Of a stretch of DNA of 64,000 bases, positions 40,396-49,439 are shown piece after piece (position 1 is the stretch's first letter; each line of letters opens with the position of its first letter). The stretch covers positions 64,505 through 128,504 of the forward strand of contig DATMBF010000020.1 of assembly GCA_035559595.1 (NCBI GenBank), read 5' to 3'. Made by a program: the position numbers and the translations under genes. The DNA comes from Bacteroidota bacterium. Its GTDB lineage: Bacteria; Bacteroidota; Ignavibacteria; UBA10030. The notes below the pieces were generated by a model, which worked only from the letters and a program-made list of their open reading frames with translations, was not told the DNA's origin and did no database searches.

Positions 40396-42327
40396 TCAAA
40401 ACACACGCACAACATTGCCGCCGGCCTCAACAGCCCGCTTCAACACCTGATTCGCATGGTCCAGCAAATCCATGTCGCTGGTGCCGCCCGTAAGTCCACA
40501 CACACCTGCGCTCACCGTCACCGAGAAACTCTTTTGCTCCAGATTGATGATGTTGCTGGCGATGTTTTTGCGAAGCTTTTCCGCCCAGAGATATGCCTCG
40601 TTCGCCGTCGTGTTGATCAACAAAACCGCAAATTTGTTGAAGTCATAGCGACCGATAAGATCGTACTGCCGGATACTTGATTTGATCATCCGACCCACGT
40701 TCTGCAGTATGAAATCAAAGCCCTCTTTGCCGTACCGGTTGAGATGCTCGGTCATGGTGTCGACCGAAATCAAGGCAAGCGCCATATCCTGATCGAAATC
40801 CGTAGCCCTCTGGACCTCTTCCTGAAGTCGGACAAGAAAGAACTTCCGTGCCGCAACACCGGTCGTCTCGTCCATCAAGACGTAGTTGGAAACGATTTCC
40901 GTCAACGTGAGCGTCTCCAAAGCAGCAGAGGCTGTGTCAACAAGCTTCTGCAAGAGCTTCACATCGGCATCAGAATACGTTTTCAGATCTTTGCTTTCGA
41001 TAACCAGCGCACCGTAACATCGGCTCACGGAATTGATCGGAAGCAGAACAATCGAACCGTTGGAATCGACCCTTTCCGCTCGATAGTAGCGAGGAAGTGA
41101 AACGTCGCCGACGCTTTCGATGATCTTTGGAATCCCCGTCTGAATAATGTTTCCAACAAGACTTTCGTGCGGGTCGATCTCCTGACCTTGCGCTACGTAA
41201 CTATCGTTCATTCTGTTCACAACGTGCTGAAGCGCCCAGGCCTTTCGCGTTTCATCAAAAAGGACAATCGCAATATAATCCCATGCTACCAAGCGGGAGA
41301 CCTCCTCTCCAAGCGACCTCACAATATTGTGCAGCGTAAACTCCATCCTAAACTGCTCCCGCATCCGATTGATGGAGCGGAGCGTTTCGGAATCCAGGAG
41401 GAGATCGTACTTATCCGTATAGCTCTGGATCAGCGAAGAGATCAGCTTAGTGAACTGGCCAAGGAGCGTGAACGTCTCCGGCCCAAACACATCGTCACTG
41501 AGGCTATCGACCACGAGCACCGCAACGGGATCACGCTTCTGTGTGCCCTGTTGCTTGTAGAAAATCGGTATCCCTACAAATGTTTTCACCGGCTCGACCG
41601 ATTCGTAGTAGCCCAGAATCTCTGCTTGTGCCAGTTGGTTGACATCATTGACAAGCTTTGGTTGGCCCGACACCGCCACCTGGCTCACCAGATCATTCCC
41701 GATTTCACGACGCCGATGGGAAGCAAAACATTCGCTATCCGTAACGTAACTCTCTAATACTATCTGACCTTTCCCCTTGTTCACCCAATAGAAGGCAGCC
41801 GTGTGGGCGAAATGAACCTCCTTCACAACCGTCAGGACTTTCTTGAGGAGATAGGCAAATTCCGATTTTGGCCCCGACTCCTTGGGGATCACATCCTCAT
41901 CCGGCGCGACAAGGGCGGAAATCTCGACCGATGACGGCTCCCGCCGTTCTTGGACTGGCATGCGGTAGGATGGGGCCGCGCGAAGCTGCTCAGCTTCCTC
42001 TTTCACTTCCACCTTGTATGGCTGTTCAACCGGCTGAAAATCGTCGAACACGAGTTTTTTCATCTCGCCCTCTCGCTTGTGTGAGGTTTGTTGGATGAGC
42101 TCCTCAAGTTCGTGTTCCTCTTCCTCCTCCGCCTTTGCCTTTAACCCCACAATGACATAGGTGATGAGTGAACCGGACACGAGGAACAGAACAACCTTGA
42201 GAATGGGACCCGGGACTGCCAATCCTACAAAAAACAGAATGACGCCCGACAGCACAATCAGTTCCTGTTTTAACGACATCGTGTCAACCCAGGAGCGAAT
42301 CGTGTCTAGAACACGGGCGTCAGTCAT
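40396..42327 (-). CDS. Membrane-anchored GAF-GAF-GGDEF-domain protein with a degenerate active site (likely non-catalytic c-di-GMP receptor)
   Basis: 643 aa. It has 2 N-terminal transmembrane helices, an acidic linker and two GAF-like regions. The C-terminal GGDEF fold has the A-site GG(D/E)EF replaced by DFNKF (IGRYDFNKFAVLL), while the I-site RxxD (RQYD) is conserved 5 residues upstream. Confidence 0.75.
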   Translation of the reverse strand: MTDARVLDTIRSWVDTMSLKQELIVLSGVILFFVGLAVPGPILKVVLFLVSGSLITYVIVGLKAKAEEEEEHELEELIQQTSHKREGEMKKLVFDDFQPVEQPYKVEVKEEAEQLRAAPSYRMPVQERREPSSVEISALVAPDEDVIPKESGPKSEFAYLLKKVLTVVKEVHFAHTAAFYWVNKGKGQIVLESYVTDSECFASHRRREIGNDLVSQVAVSGQPKLVNDVNQLAQAEILGYYESVEPVKTFVGIPIFYKQQGTQKRDPVAVLVVDSLSDDVFGPETFTLLGQFTKLISSLIQSYTDKYDLLLDSETLRSINRMREQFRMEFTLHNIVRSLGEEVSRLVAWDYIAIVLFDETRKAWALQHVVNRMNDSYVAQGQEIDPHESLVGNIIQTGIPKIIESVGDVSLPRYYRAERVDSNGSIVLLPINSVSRCYGALVIESKDLKTYSDADVKLLQKLVDTASAALETLTLTEIVSNYVLMDETTGVAARKFFLVRLQEEVQRATDFDQDMALALISVDTMTEHLNRYGKEGFDFILQNVGRMIKSSIRQYDLIGRYDFNKFAVLLINTTANEAYLWAEKLRKNIASNIINLEQKSFSVTVSAGVCGLTGGTSDMDLLDHANQVLKRAVEAGGNVVRVF

Positions 42328-42566
42328 TGTCCGCGAAGATTCCCTTCGGGAAATGGTGCAAGTCTATGAAAGCCCACAAGGTGGCTTAAATTTAGCCTAT
42401 AAGTGACAGAAAGTCAAGGTAAAAAGCAGGCCAACACCCCTTCCGCACTGAATTAACACGTCATAATCTGACATGACTTCATGTTGAGTTGAAGATGAGG
42501 AAATCGATCTGCTTGTCTTGCAGCCTGCTTATTTTTTACCTACTTTTTCAAAAAAATGTCTTCGTC

Positions 42567-45077
42567 ATGAAAGCGGTCATCATGGCTGGCGGATTTGGGA
42601 CTCGCCTTCGTCCGCTGACCTGCAACATCCCCAAGCCGATGGTTCCCATGGTCAATAAACCGATAATGGAACACATCGTCCGATTGCTGGCAAAGCATGG
42701 GGTCAAACAGATCGTCACCACATTGTTCTACCAACCGGACGTGATCCGCGAGTACTTCGGTGACGGGAGCAAGTTTGGCGTGCACATCCAGTACCGAAAA
42801 GCGGAGGCTGATCTCGGGACTGCCGGCAGTGTAAAAAACGCGAAAGACCTCCTCGACGAACGAACGCTCATCATCAGCGGTGACGTGCTGACCGATTTCG
42901 ACCTCACCCAAGCAGTCGAATTCCATAGGAAGAAACGCGCCAAAGCAACCATTCTCCTCACCAGATCGGCGAACCCGTTGCAATTCGGACTCGTTATGAC
43001 TGATGATGAGGGTCGAATCACGCGCTTCGTCGAAAAGCCGTCGTGGGGTGAGGTCTTCAGCGACAGCATTAACACCGGTATTTACATTCTCGAACCGGAA
43101 ATCCTCGACCTTATTCCTTCGGGAGAAGAATTTGACTTCAGCAAAAACCTCTTCCCCCTCATGTTGGATCAAGACATACCTCTGTTCGGCCATATCAGCT
43201 CCGGGTACTGGCGAGACATCGGAAACCTCAGCGAGTATCAAGAATCGCACCTTGATGTCTTGAGAAATCAAGTAAAGCTCTCCATCGATGGGGAACGCGT
43301 TGGCAACGCCATCATCGACACCAACGTCAAGCTTGAAACAAGCCCGAGAAACATTACTGGAATGGTCGTCGTTGGCAAGAATTCCAGAATCCATCGAGAT
43401 GTCGTTATTTCGAACTCGGTCGTAGGTGCGGATTGCGAGATCCTTCCCGGAGCCGTGATTCGTAACTCGATCATCTGGGATGGAACACAAATCGGGTCAA
43501 AGGCCGAGCTGAACTCCGATGTCGTGGGGACGAAATGCATTATTGGCGACGAGGCGATCCTGTCGGAGAATGTGTTTGTCAGTGATCGCTGCGTCATAGG
43601 ACGGAAGAGCCAGCTCTATGCAAACATCAAACTCTGGCCCGAGAAAGTGGTTGAAGAAGGAGCCAGTGTCAATAAGAGTTTGGTATGGGAAGACCGTTGG
43701 CTTCGCGAACTTTTTACCGATGCACGAGTCACGGGAATATCAAACATCGAGATGAGTCCGGAATTCGGGGCGAGGCTGGGAGCAGCCTTTGGCGCACTCG
43801 TCGGCTCAGGATCCACCGTGGTGACGAGCCGGGACTCCGACAATGTTTCGAGAATCATCAACAGGGCGGTGATGTGCGGACTCATGTCTGCCGGCGTCAA
43901 CTGCAACGATCTCCGGGCGACGTCGATCCCCATTGTTCGACACGAGCTTCAGAGTGGAAAGGAACGAGGGGGAATTCATGTCCGAAAATCACCTTTTGAC
44001 AAGAACCTGACGGACATTATCTTCTTCGATGCCGACGGCAAGGACTTGCCCGCGAGCAAAACGAAGGCCGTGGAGCGACTGTTCTTTGCGGAGGATTTCA
44101 TCCGGGCTAACTATGATAAGGTGGGAACGCTCAATTTTCCGGAACGAACCACCGAAAGCTACATGGAACGCTTCCTGGCGACGATTAATGTCCAGGCCAT
44201 ACGCTCGGCAGACCTGAAGATTGTTGTCGATTATTCGAACGGTGTCGCTTCAACGATTTTCCCGATTATCCTGGGTAATCTCAACGTCCAGGTGGTTTCG
44301 CTTCATGCCTACCTCGATAGCCGCCGCCTCACGAGGACAAAGGAGGAATTCGATCGATCCATTCAAGAACTCGGCCATGTCGTTACATCGCTGCAATACG
44401 ATTTGGGCGTGATGTTAGACGCGGGAGCGGAGAAAATCTTCGTCGTCGATGAGCACGGCTGCCAGATCGACAACGACCGGATGTTGACGCTCATGACGAA
44501 GCTTGTGCTGCTGGCAAACAAGAACATTAAGACCATCGCCGTTCCGATTTCAGCGTCGGGGGAAATCGACCTGATCGCCAGGGAACATAAGGTGAAGGTT
44601 GTCAGAACGAGAGAGAGCCATCTCTCCCTCATGGATGCCGCAACAAACAAAGAGATTGGTTTTGTCGGCGGGACAAAGGGAGGATTCATCTTTAACGAGT
44701 TCCTGTTTGCATCGGACGGGATGTATTCGCTGGCCAAGGTGCTCGAAAGCATCGCGATCAGCGGAACGCGAATCGGCGAGCTCGATAAGTCCACTGTTCG
44801 CTTGCATTTTGTCAAAAAAAATGTTCCTTGTTCGTGGCATGTGAAGGGTCGAGTCATGAGACGGCTGATGAAGGACACGGAGTCGTACCGGCGGGATCTG
44901 ATCGAGGGCGTCAAAATCTATCCCAAGAACGGAAACGCAATGACGTCCGTCTTTCTCAACCCCGACCGCGCGCGCCCGATCTTTCATATCAATGCCGAAT
45001 CCGACGATCCGGTACTTGCCGAAGCACTCGCGCAAGAGTACGCACAGAAAATCCAGTCTTGGATATCAACAGATTGA
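42567..45077 (+). CDS. Bifunctional sugar-1-phosphate nucleotidyltransferase (with LbH) / phosphohexomutase (PMM/PGM) fusion protein
   Basis: It has an N-terminal NTP-transferase motif (MKAVIMAGGFGTRLRPLT...KPM) and a left-handed beta-helix hexapeptide region. A C-terminal alpha-D-phosphohexomutase region of about 450 aa follows. The start is set at the Met at 42567 rather than the ORF-track 42489. Confidence 0.8.
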   Translation: MKAVIMAGGFGTRLRPLTCNIPKPMVPMVNKPIMEHIVRLLAKHGVKQIVTTLFYQPDVIREYFGDGSKFGVHIQYRKAEADLGTAGSVKNAKDLLDERTLIISGDVLTDFDLTQAVEFHRKKRAKATILLTRSANPLQFGLVMTDDEGRITRFVEKPSWGEVFSDSINTGIYILEPEILDLIPSGEEFDFSKNLFPLMLDQDIPLFGHISSGYWRDIGNLSEYQESHLDVLRNQVKLSIDGERVGNAIIDTNVKLETSPRNITGMVVVGKNSRIHRDVVISNSVVGADCEILPGAVIRNSIIWDGTQIGSKAELNSDVVGTKCIIGDEAILSENVFVSDRCVIGRKSQLYANIKLWPEKVVEEGASVNKSLVWEDRWLRELFTDARVTGISNIEMSPEFGARLGAAFGALVGSGSTVVTSRDSDNVSRIINRAVMCGLMSAGVNCNDLRATSIPIVRHELQSGKERGGIHVRKSPFDKNLTDIIFFDADGKDLPASKTKAVERLFFAEDFIRANYDKVGTLNFPERTTESYMERFLATINVQAIRSADLKIVVDYSNGVASTIFPIILGNLNVQVVSLHAYLDSRRLTRTKEEFDRSIQELGHVVTSLQYDLGVMLDAGAEKIFVVDEHGCQIDNDRMLTLMTKLVLLANKNIKTIAVPISASGEIDLIAREHKVKVVRTRESHLSLMDAATNKEIGFVGGTKGGFIFNEFLFASDGMYSLAKVLESIAISGTRIGELDKSTVRLHFVKKNVPCSWHVKGRVMRRLMKDTESYRRDLIEGVKIYPKNGNAMTSVFLNPDRARPIFHINAESDDPVLAEALAQEYAQKIQSWISTD

Positions 45078-45116
45078 GCAATCGCATCAACACCGGTCAT
45101 CCTCGAACCGACACTT

Positions 45117-45587
45117 ATGAAAATCACCGACATTCTTAACGAGCGAGTCATCCGAACAAACCTGGCGGGAACAACAAAAACAGAGATCATTGATGCGATG
45201 ATCGATCTCGTCTCCACACAGGAAAAGGTCCTCGACAAGGAGAAGCTTCGCGAGGCGATTTTCGAGAGGGAAAAGATCATGTCGACCGGCGTCGGATCGG
45301 GATTCGCCATTCCCCACGGTAAGACGGATGCCGTCACCGACATCGTGGGCGCTTTTGCCATTACCGCTCAACCGATCGACTACCAATCGCTGGATGAGCA
45401 ACCTGTGCGGATTGTGTTCCTCCTTGTAGGGCGCGACAGCATGGTAGGGCCGCATATCAAACTGCTGAGCCGGATTTCGAGACTCATGAACAAAGAAGAA
45501 TTCCGAAAAAAGCTTCTCGAAGCGAACTCACCCGCCGAAATCCTAGAACTCTTTCGACAGGAAGAGGCGACATACTTTGAAGTTTAA
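45117..45587 (+). CDS. ptsN: PTS EIIA type-2 (EIIA-Ntr/PtsN-like) regulatory protein
   Basis: 156 aa. It has a PTS_EIIA_2 fold with a phosphorylatable His context (GSGFAIPHGKTD). Confidence 0.75.
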   Translation: MKITDILNERVIRTNLAGTTKTEIIDAMIDLVSTQEKVLDKEKLREAIFEREKIMSTGVGSGFAIPHGKTDAVTDIVGAFAITAQPIDYQSLDEQPVRIVFLLVGRDSMVGPHIKLLSRISRLMNKEEFRKKLLEANSPAEILELFRQEEATYFEV

Positions 45588-45644
45588 TAACGCCTCTATC
45601 AATCGCCAGACTCCTTTCTCCATCGCACCTCACGTGAGAATTTC

Positions 45645-46892
45645 GTGAAGTATCGATCCATTAAAGGCACACGAGATATCCTCCCCGGCGAAGTCGAACG
45701 TTGGCAACACGTTGAAGCGGTCGTCCGTACGGTCATGCGGGATTTCAATTACAACGAAATTCGAACACCGATCTTCGAACAAACGTCTCTTTTCGCAAGG
45801 AGCATCGGCGAGCTTACGGATATCGTCACGAAGGAGATGTATACCTTCACGGACCGAAGCGAGGAAAGCATTACCCTGCGACCAGAAGGAACAGCCTCAA
45901 CCTTGCGGGCGTACATCCAAAATAATCTTGGCGAGCAATCTCCGCTGGTGAAGGTCTACTATATTGGCCCGATGTTCAGACAGGAGCGTCCACAGGCCGG
46001 GCGCCTGCGACAATTCCACCAGTTCGGCAGCGAGGCAATCGGCTCATCCTCACCCATGCTGGATGCAGAGACGATTCTCATTCCGCTTGAAGTGTATCGA
46101 AGACTTGGCGTGACGGAAACAAAGCTTGCCATGAATTCGGTCGGCTGCGAGAAATGCAGACCGCGATACAAGGAACAGCTTGTGAAGTATCTGGAATCTG
46201 TCAAAGAGAACCTCTCACAGGAGAGTCAAGAACGGCTGCGAGCGAACCCGCTGCGGGTTCTCGATTCCAAAGATGAACGAGACCGCACATGGACGGCCGA
46301 CGCACCATTCATGGTCGATCATTTATGCGAGGAATGTCGCTCCCATTTCAACGAAGTGCGGTCGCTCCTTGACGGACTGAAGATCGTGTATCACGTGGAT
46401 GGCAGATTGGTTCGGGGCCTGGATTACTATACGAAGACAGCATTTGAAATCACGAGCCGGCACTTGGGATCACAGGACGCGCTTGCCGGAGGTGGGCGAT
46501 ACGACCTCCTCGTGAAGGAACTCGGCGGAAAGCAAACGCCGGGTGTCGGATTTGCCGCCGGTATGGAACGGTTGATGATCGTGCTTGAAAAGAACCACCC
46601 GCCCACAGCATCACATGGACCCATCATCTTTTTTGTGACAACGGATGAGCAATCCAGACGATGGGCGTTTCTGCGTGCGCAGGAGCTTCGGGCAAAGGGA
46701 ATTTCCGCTGAGTTGGATTATCTCGACCGGAGCGTGAAGGCCCAAATGCGCGAAGCAAATCGCCAAGCAGCAAAATATGTTCTCGTGATCGGCGATGAAG
46801 AACTCCGCTCCATGCGAGGGAAACTGAAAGATATGTCCACAGGTGAGGAGCGACCTATTTCCCTCAACGAACCAATGCTTTCCCTGTCGTAA
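45645..46892 (+). CDS. hisS: Histidine--tRNA ligase
   Basis: The class II aaRS motifs and the HisRS signature are present (IKGTRDILPGE...RPEGTAS...; motif 3 GGGRYDLL). It is 415 aa. Confidence 0.95.
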   Translation: MKYRSIKGTRDILPGEVERWQHVEAVVRTVMRDFNYNEIRTPIFEQTSLFARSIGELTDIVTKEMYTFTDRSEESITLRPEGTASTLRAYIQNNLGEQSPLVKVYYIGPMFRQERPQAGRLRQFHQFGSEAIGSSSPMLDAETILIPLEVYRRLGVTETKLAMNSVGCEKCRPRYKEQLVKYLESVKENLSQESQERLRANPLRVLDSKDERDRTWTADAPFMVDHLCEECRSHFNEVRSLLDGLKIVYHVDGRLVRGLDYYTKTAFEITSRHLGSQDALAGGGRYDLLVKELGGKQTPGVGFAAGMERLMIVLEKNHPPTASHGPIIFFVTTDEQSRRWAFLRAQELRAKGISAELDYLDRSVKAQMREANRQAAKYVLVIGDEELRSMRGKLKDMSTGEERPISLNEPMLSLS

Positions 46893-46895
46893 CCA

Positions 46896-47288
46896 ATGCC
46901 ACGGAAGAAACGGGAACCGGAGTATGTCCTTCACATCTTCTTTGGGAAGAACGAAGAAACAAGGGAAGACGTTATCGTCTTTCTCATCCAAACGACCAAG
47001 GTCTTTTTGTATTTCAATTATCAGATTCTGTTCGACGGAAAAATCAAGGGTAACACGATTGAGTTGAATATCCGGGGTCTTCGCACACCGCCCGTCACGC
47101 TTCCGGCGCTTGGTCCCGCGACAGGACGGTTTGAAATTCCTCGCGTATGGGGAATCTTCACGCTGGTCGTGAAAAAACTCAAAAGAGATGTGAATGAGTT
47201 TCGGCTCGAGATTACCGATAGCCGTATCACCGTATTGGATTCACCGCCGAAAAGCTTTCTCCTCATCCAAACCAATCAACCAACATAG
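46896..47288 (+). CDS. Hypothetical protein
   Basis: 130 aa with no recognisable motifs. It starts 4 nt after the hisS stop on the same strand. Confidence 0.35.
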   Translation: MPRKKREPEYVLHIFFGKNEETREDVIVFLIQTTKVFLYFNYQILFDGKIKGNTIELNIRGLRTPPVTLPALGPATGRFEIPRVWGIFTLVVKKLKRDVNEFRLEITDSRITVLDSPPKSFLLIQTNQPT

Positions 47289-47303
47289 CACTAACGATAA
47301 ACC

Positions 47304-48116
47304 ATGTGTCCACGACTTCTTGAAATCGGACCTTTCACGGTCTACAGTTACGGGTTAATGCTGGCGACTGGCTTCATTGTCGCAAGTTATCTGCTCACCC
47401 TCGAATTCAAGCGCAAACGGCTTGATGCCTCACTTGCAAACAATGTAACCTTAATTGCCCTTGTCGGCGGGATCGTCGGCTCGAAGCTCCTTTACCTCAT
47501 CGAGCACTGGAGTGCCTTCGTGGCAGACCCATGGGGAATGGCATTCTCACCTGGCGGCCTCACCTTCTACGGCGGCTTTCTCCTCGCAGCAACCCTGATC
47601 TATTTCTACGCGAGAACGAAGGGGATCTCGTTTTTCTCCATTGCCGACTCTGTCGCGCCCGGATTGATTCTCGCCTATGGAATCGGGCGATTGGGCTGTC
47701 ATTTTGCCGGCGACGGGGATTACGGCTTTCCTACCGACTTGCCATGGGGGACCGACTACTCGAAAGGCACCTATCCCCCTTCGCTTGCCTTCAAGAATGT
47801 TCCCGAGATTGCCGACAAGTATCCCGGGGGAATTCCGGACAACATCCTCTGTCATCCAACTCCGGTCTATGAATTCCTCATGTGCCTCATCATTTTCGCG
47901 ATCCTCTGGCGATTGCGGACACGCATTACGCAAACAGGGAAACTCTTTATGCTGTATCTCGTGCTGGCCGCGGTCGAGCGATTCTCGATTGAATTCCTCA
48001 GATTAAATCCTCGCATTGCCTTCGGGCTTTCTGAAGCACAGTGGATTTCCGTTGGTCTCTTCATCATTGGACTGATCGGCTGGAGATATCTCAGCAAGGC
48101 GCCTCAACAACCATGA
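47304..48116 (+). CDS. lgt: Prolipoprotein diacylglyceryl transferase
   Basis: The start is MCPRLLEIGPFTVYSYGLMLATGF. The Lgt signature region (GRLGCHFAGDGDYG) and 7 transmembrane helices are present. Confidence 0.9.
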   Translation: MCPRLLEIGPFTVYSYGLMLATGFIVASYLLTLEFKRKRLDASLANNVTLIALVGGIVGSKLLYLIEHWSAFVADPWGMAFSPGGLTFYGGFLLAATLIYFYARTKGISFFSIADSVAPGLILAYGIGRLGCHFAGDGDYGFPTDLPWGTDYSKGTYPPSLAFKNVPEIADKYPGGIPDNILCHPTPVYEFLMCLIIFAILWRLRTRITQTGKLFMLYLVLAAVERFSIEFLRLNPRIAFGLSEAQWISVGLFIIGLIGWRYLSKAPQQP

Positions 48117-48568
48117 TTACCGTAGAACTCTATTCAAAAGACAACTGCTCTCTCTGCGACGAGGTAAAAGAACTTCTGAAGAAGCTTCGGAAGGATTATG
48201 CGTTCCGGCTGATCGAGAGACATCTTATGGAATCTGCCCCGAGGTATCAGGAGTTCGCAACGAAATTCCCGGTGGTGATCATCGACGGGCAGGAGCTCTC
48301 CGGCAAGGTCAGTGAAGCTGACCTTCGCAATTTGCTGGATCCCGGTCCTCCAACTTTCCTTTTCTTCGTCGCTAAGTTTCTTGAAGCTCTCGGTATGATT
48401 ACCGTCCTTTTCGGTTTCATGTACGGACTGTTAGGCGATATGTGGACCGACCTCTACTTTTTCATTGGCGGAATTGTGATTTTTTATACGGGACGTGTGC
48501 TCGAGAGGCAAGAGGAGACAAAACGAAGGGCACGAAAACGAGCCGAACAGCAATTCGCCCATGGATAA
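48113..48568 (+). CDS. Glutaredoxin-like (thioredoxin-fold, CxxC) domain fused to a 2-TM membrane segment
   Basis: MITVELYSKDNCSLCDEVKELL resembles glutaredoxin/DUF836 proteins. A hydrophobic C-terminus follows. The ATG at 48113 overlaps the lgt stop (ATGA), and the ORF-track frame from 48041 lies inside lgt. Confidence 0.55.
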   Translation: MITVELYSKDNCSLCDEVKELLKKLRKDYAFRLIERHLMESAPRYQEFATKFPVVIIDGQELSGKVSEADLRNLLDPGPPTFLFFVAKFLEALGMITVLFGFMYGLLGDMWTDLYFFIGGIVIFYTGRVLERQEETKRRARKRAEQQFAHG

Positions 48569-49307
48569 GAGTGATGAGATTATTGCAGGGCGGCACCCTG
48601 TCCTTGAAGCCCTGAAAGCTGGTGAACAATTAGAGAAGATTATTCTCCACCATGGAGCCCACGGACCCGCCATCGATCAAATCCGCTCCCTGGCCCGTCA
48701 GCGCGGCGTCGTTGTCGTTGAAGCAAACAAAGAGAGATTCCGGGAACTCGGCGAAGGCACAGATCAAGGTGTCGTTGCGCTTCGATCGGACGTCACATAT
48801 GCCGAAATTGAGGATCTTCTCCAGATTGCCAAGGAACGAAATGAGCCGCCTTTTCTCCTCATTCTCGACGAGATCGAGGATCCCCACAACCTCGGCGCAT
48901 TGATCCGCACGGCAGAGTGCGCAGGGGTGCATGGAGTCATCATCCCCAAACATCATTCGGCTACCGTTTCCTCAACGGTAACCAAAGCAGCGGCTGGAGC
49001 AACGGCTTATGTTCGAATCGCTAAGGTGACGAACATTGCCCAGACACTCGACGAATTGAAATCGCTTGGACTCTGGATTGTCGGCACAGATTCGGCAGGG
49101 GAAAAAGCATATGACGGGATCGACTACAACGGGCCGATAGCGGTCGTTATCGGAAGTGAGGGAAAGGGGATTCGGAGATTGGTGAAAGAGAAATGTGACT
49201 TTTTGGTGAGAATACCCCTCTACGGAAAGATTGCATCCCTCAACGCGTCAGTGGCGGGGGCGTTAGTGCTTTTCGAAGCGGCTAAGGTTCGCCATCGTCC
49301 GCGATAG
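48561..49307 (+). CDS. rlmB: TrmH-family 23S rRNA (guanosine-2'-O)-methyltransferase RlmB
   Basis: MDKSDEIIAGRHPVLEAL is typical of the RlmB N-terminal domain. The SpoU methylase motifs are present (LILDEIEDPHNLGALIRTAE...VVIGSEGKGI...IPLYGKIASLNASVAGAL). The start is set at the Met at 48561. Confidence 0.8.
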   Translation: MDKSDEIIAGRHPVLEALKAGEQLEKIILHHGAHGPAIDQIRSLARQRGVVVVEANKERFRELGEGTDQGVVALRSDVTYAEIEDLLQIAKERNEPPFLLILDEIEDPHNLGALIRTAECAGVHGVIIPKHHSATVSSTVTKAAAGATAYVRIAKVTNIAQTLDELKSLGLWIVGTDSAGEKAYDGIDYNGPIAVVIGSEGKGIRRLVKEKCDFLVRIPLYGKIASLNASVAGALVLFEAAKVRHRPR

Positions 49308-49439
49308 ATTTCTTACTTCTTCCTAGATGTTACCTTCTTCCTTCTTGAGGGCAGTTTCCATCTCCCGCCAATCATCTTGCTCCTTCGTAAAAGATACTTC
49401 TGAATATCTTCACGTGCCTTCACAACCATTTTCTGCCGG

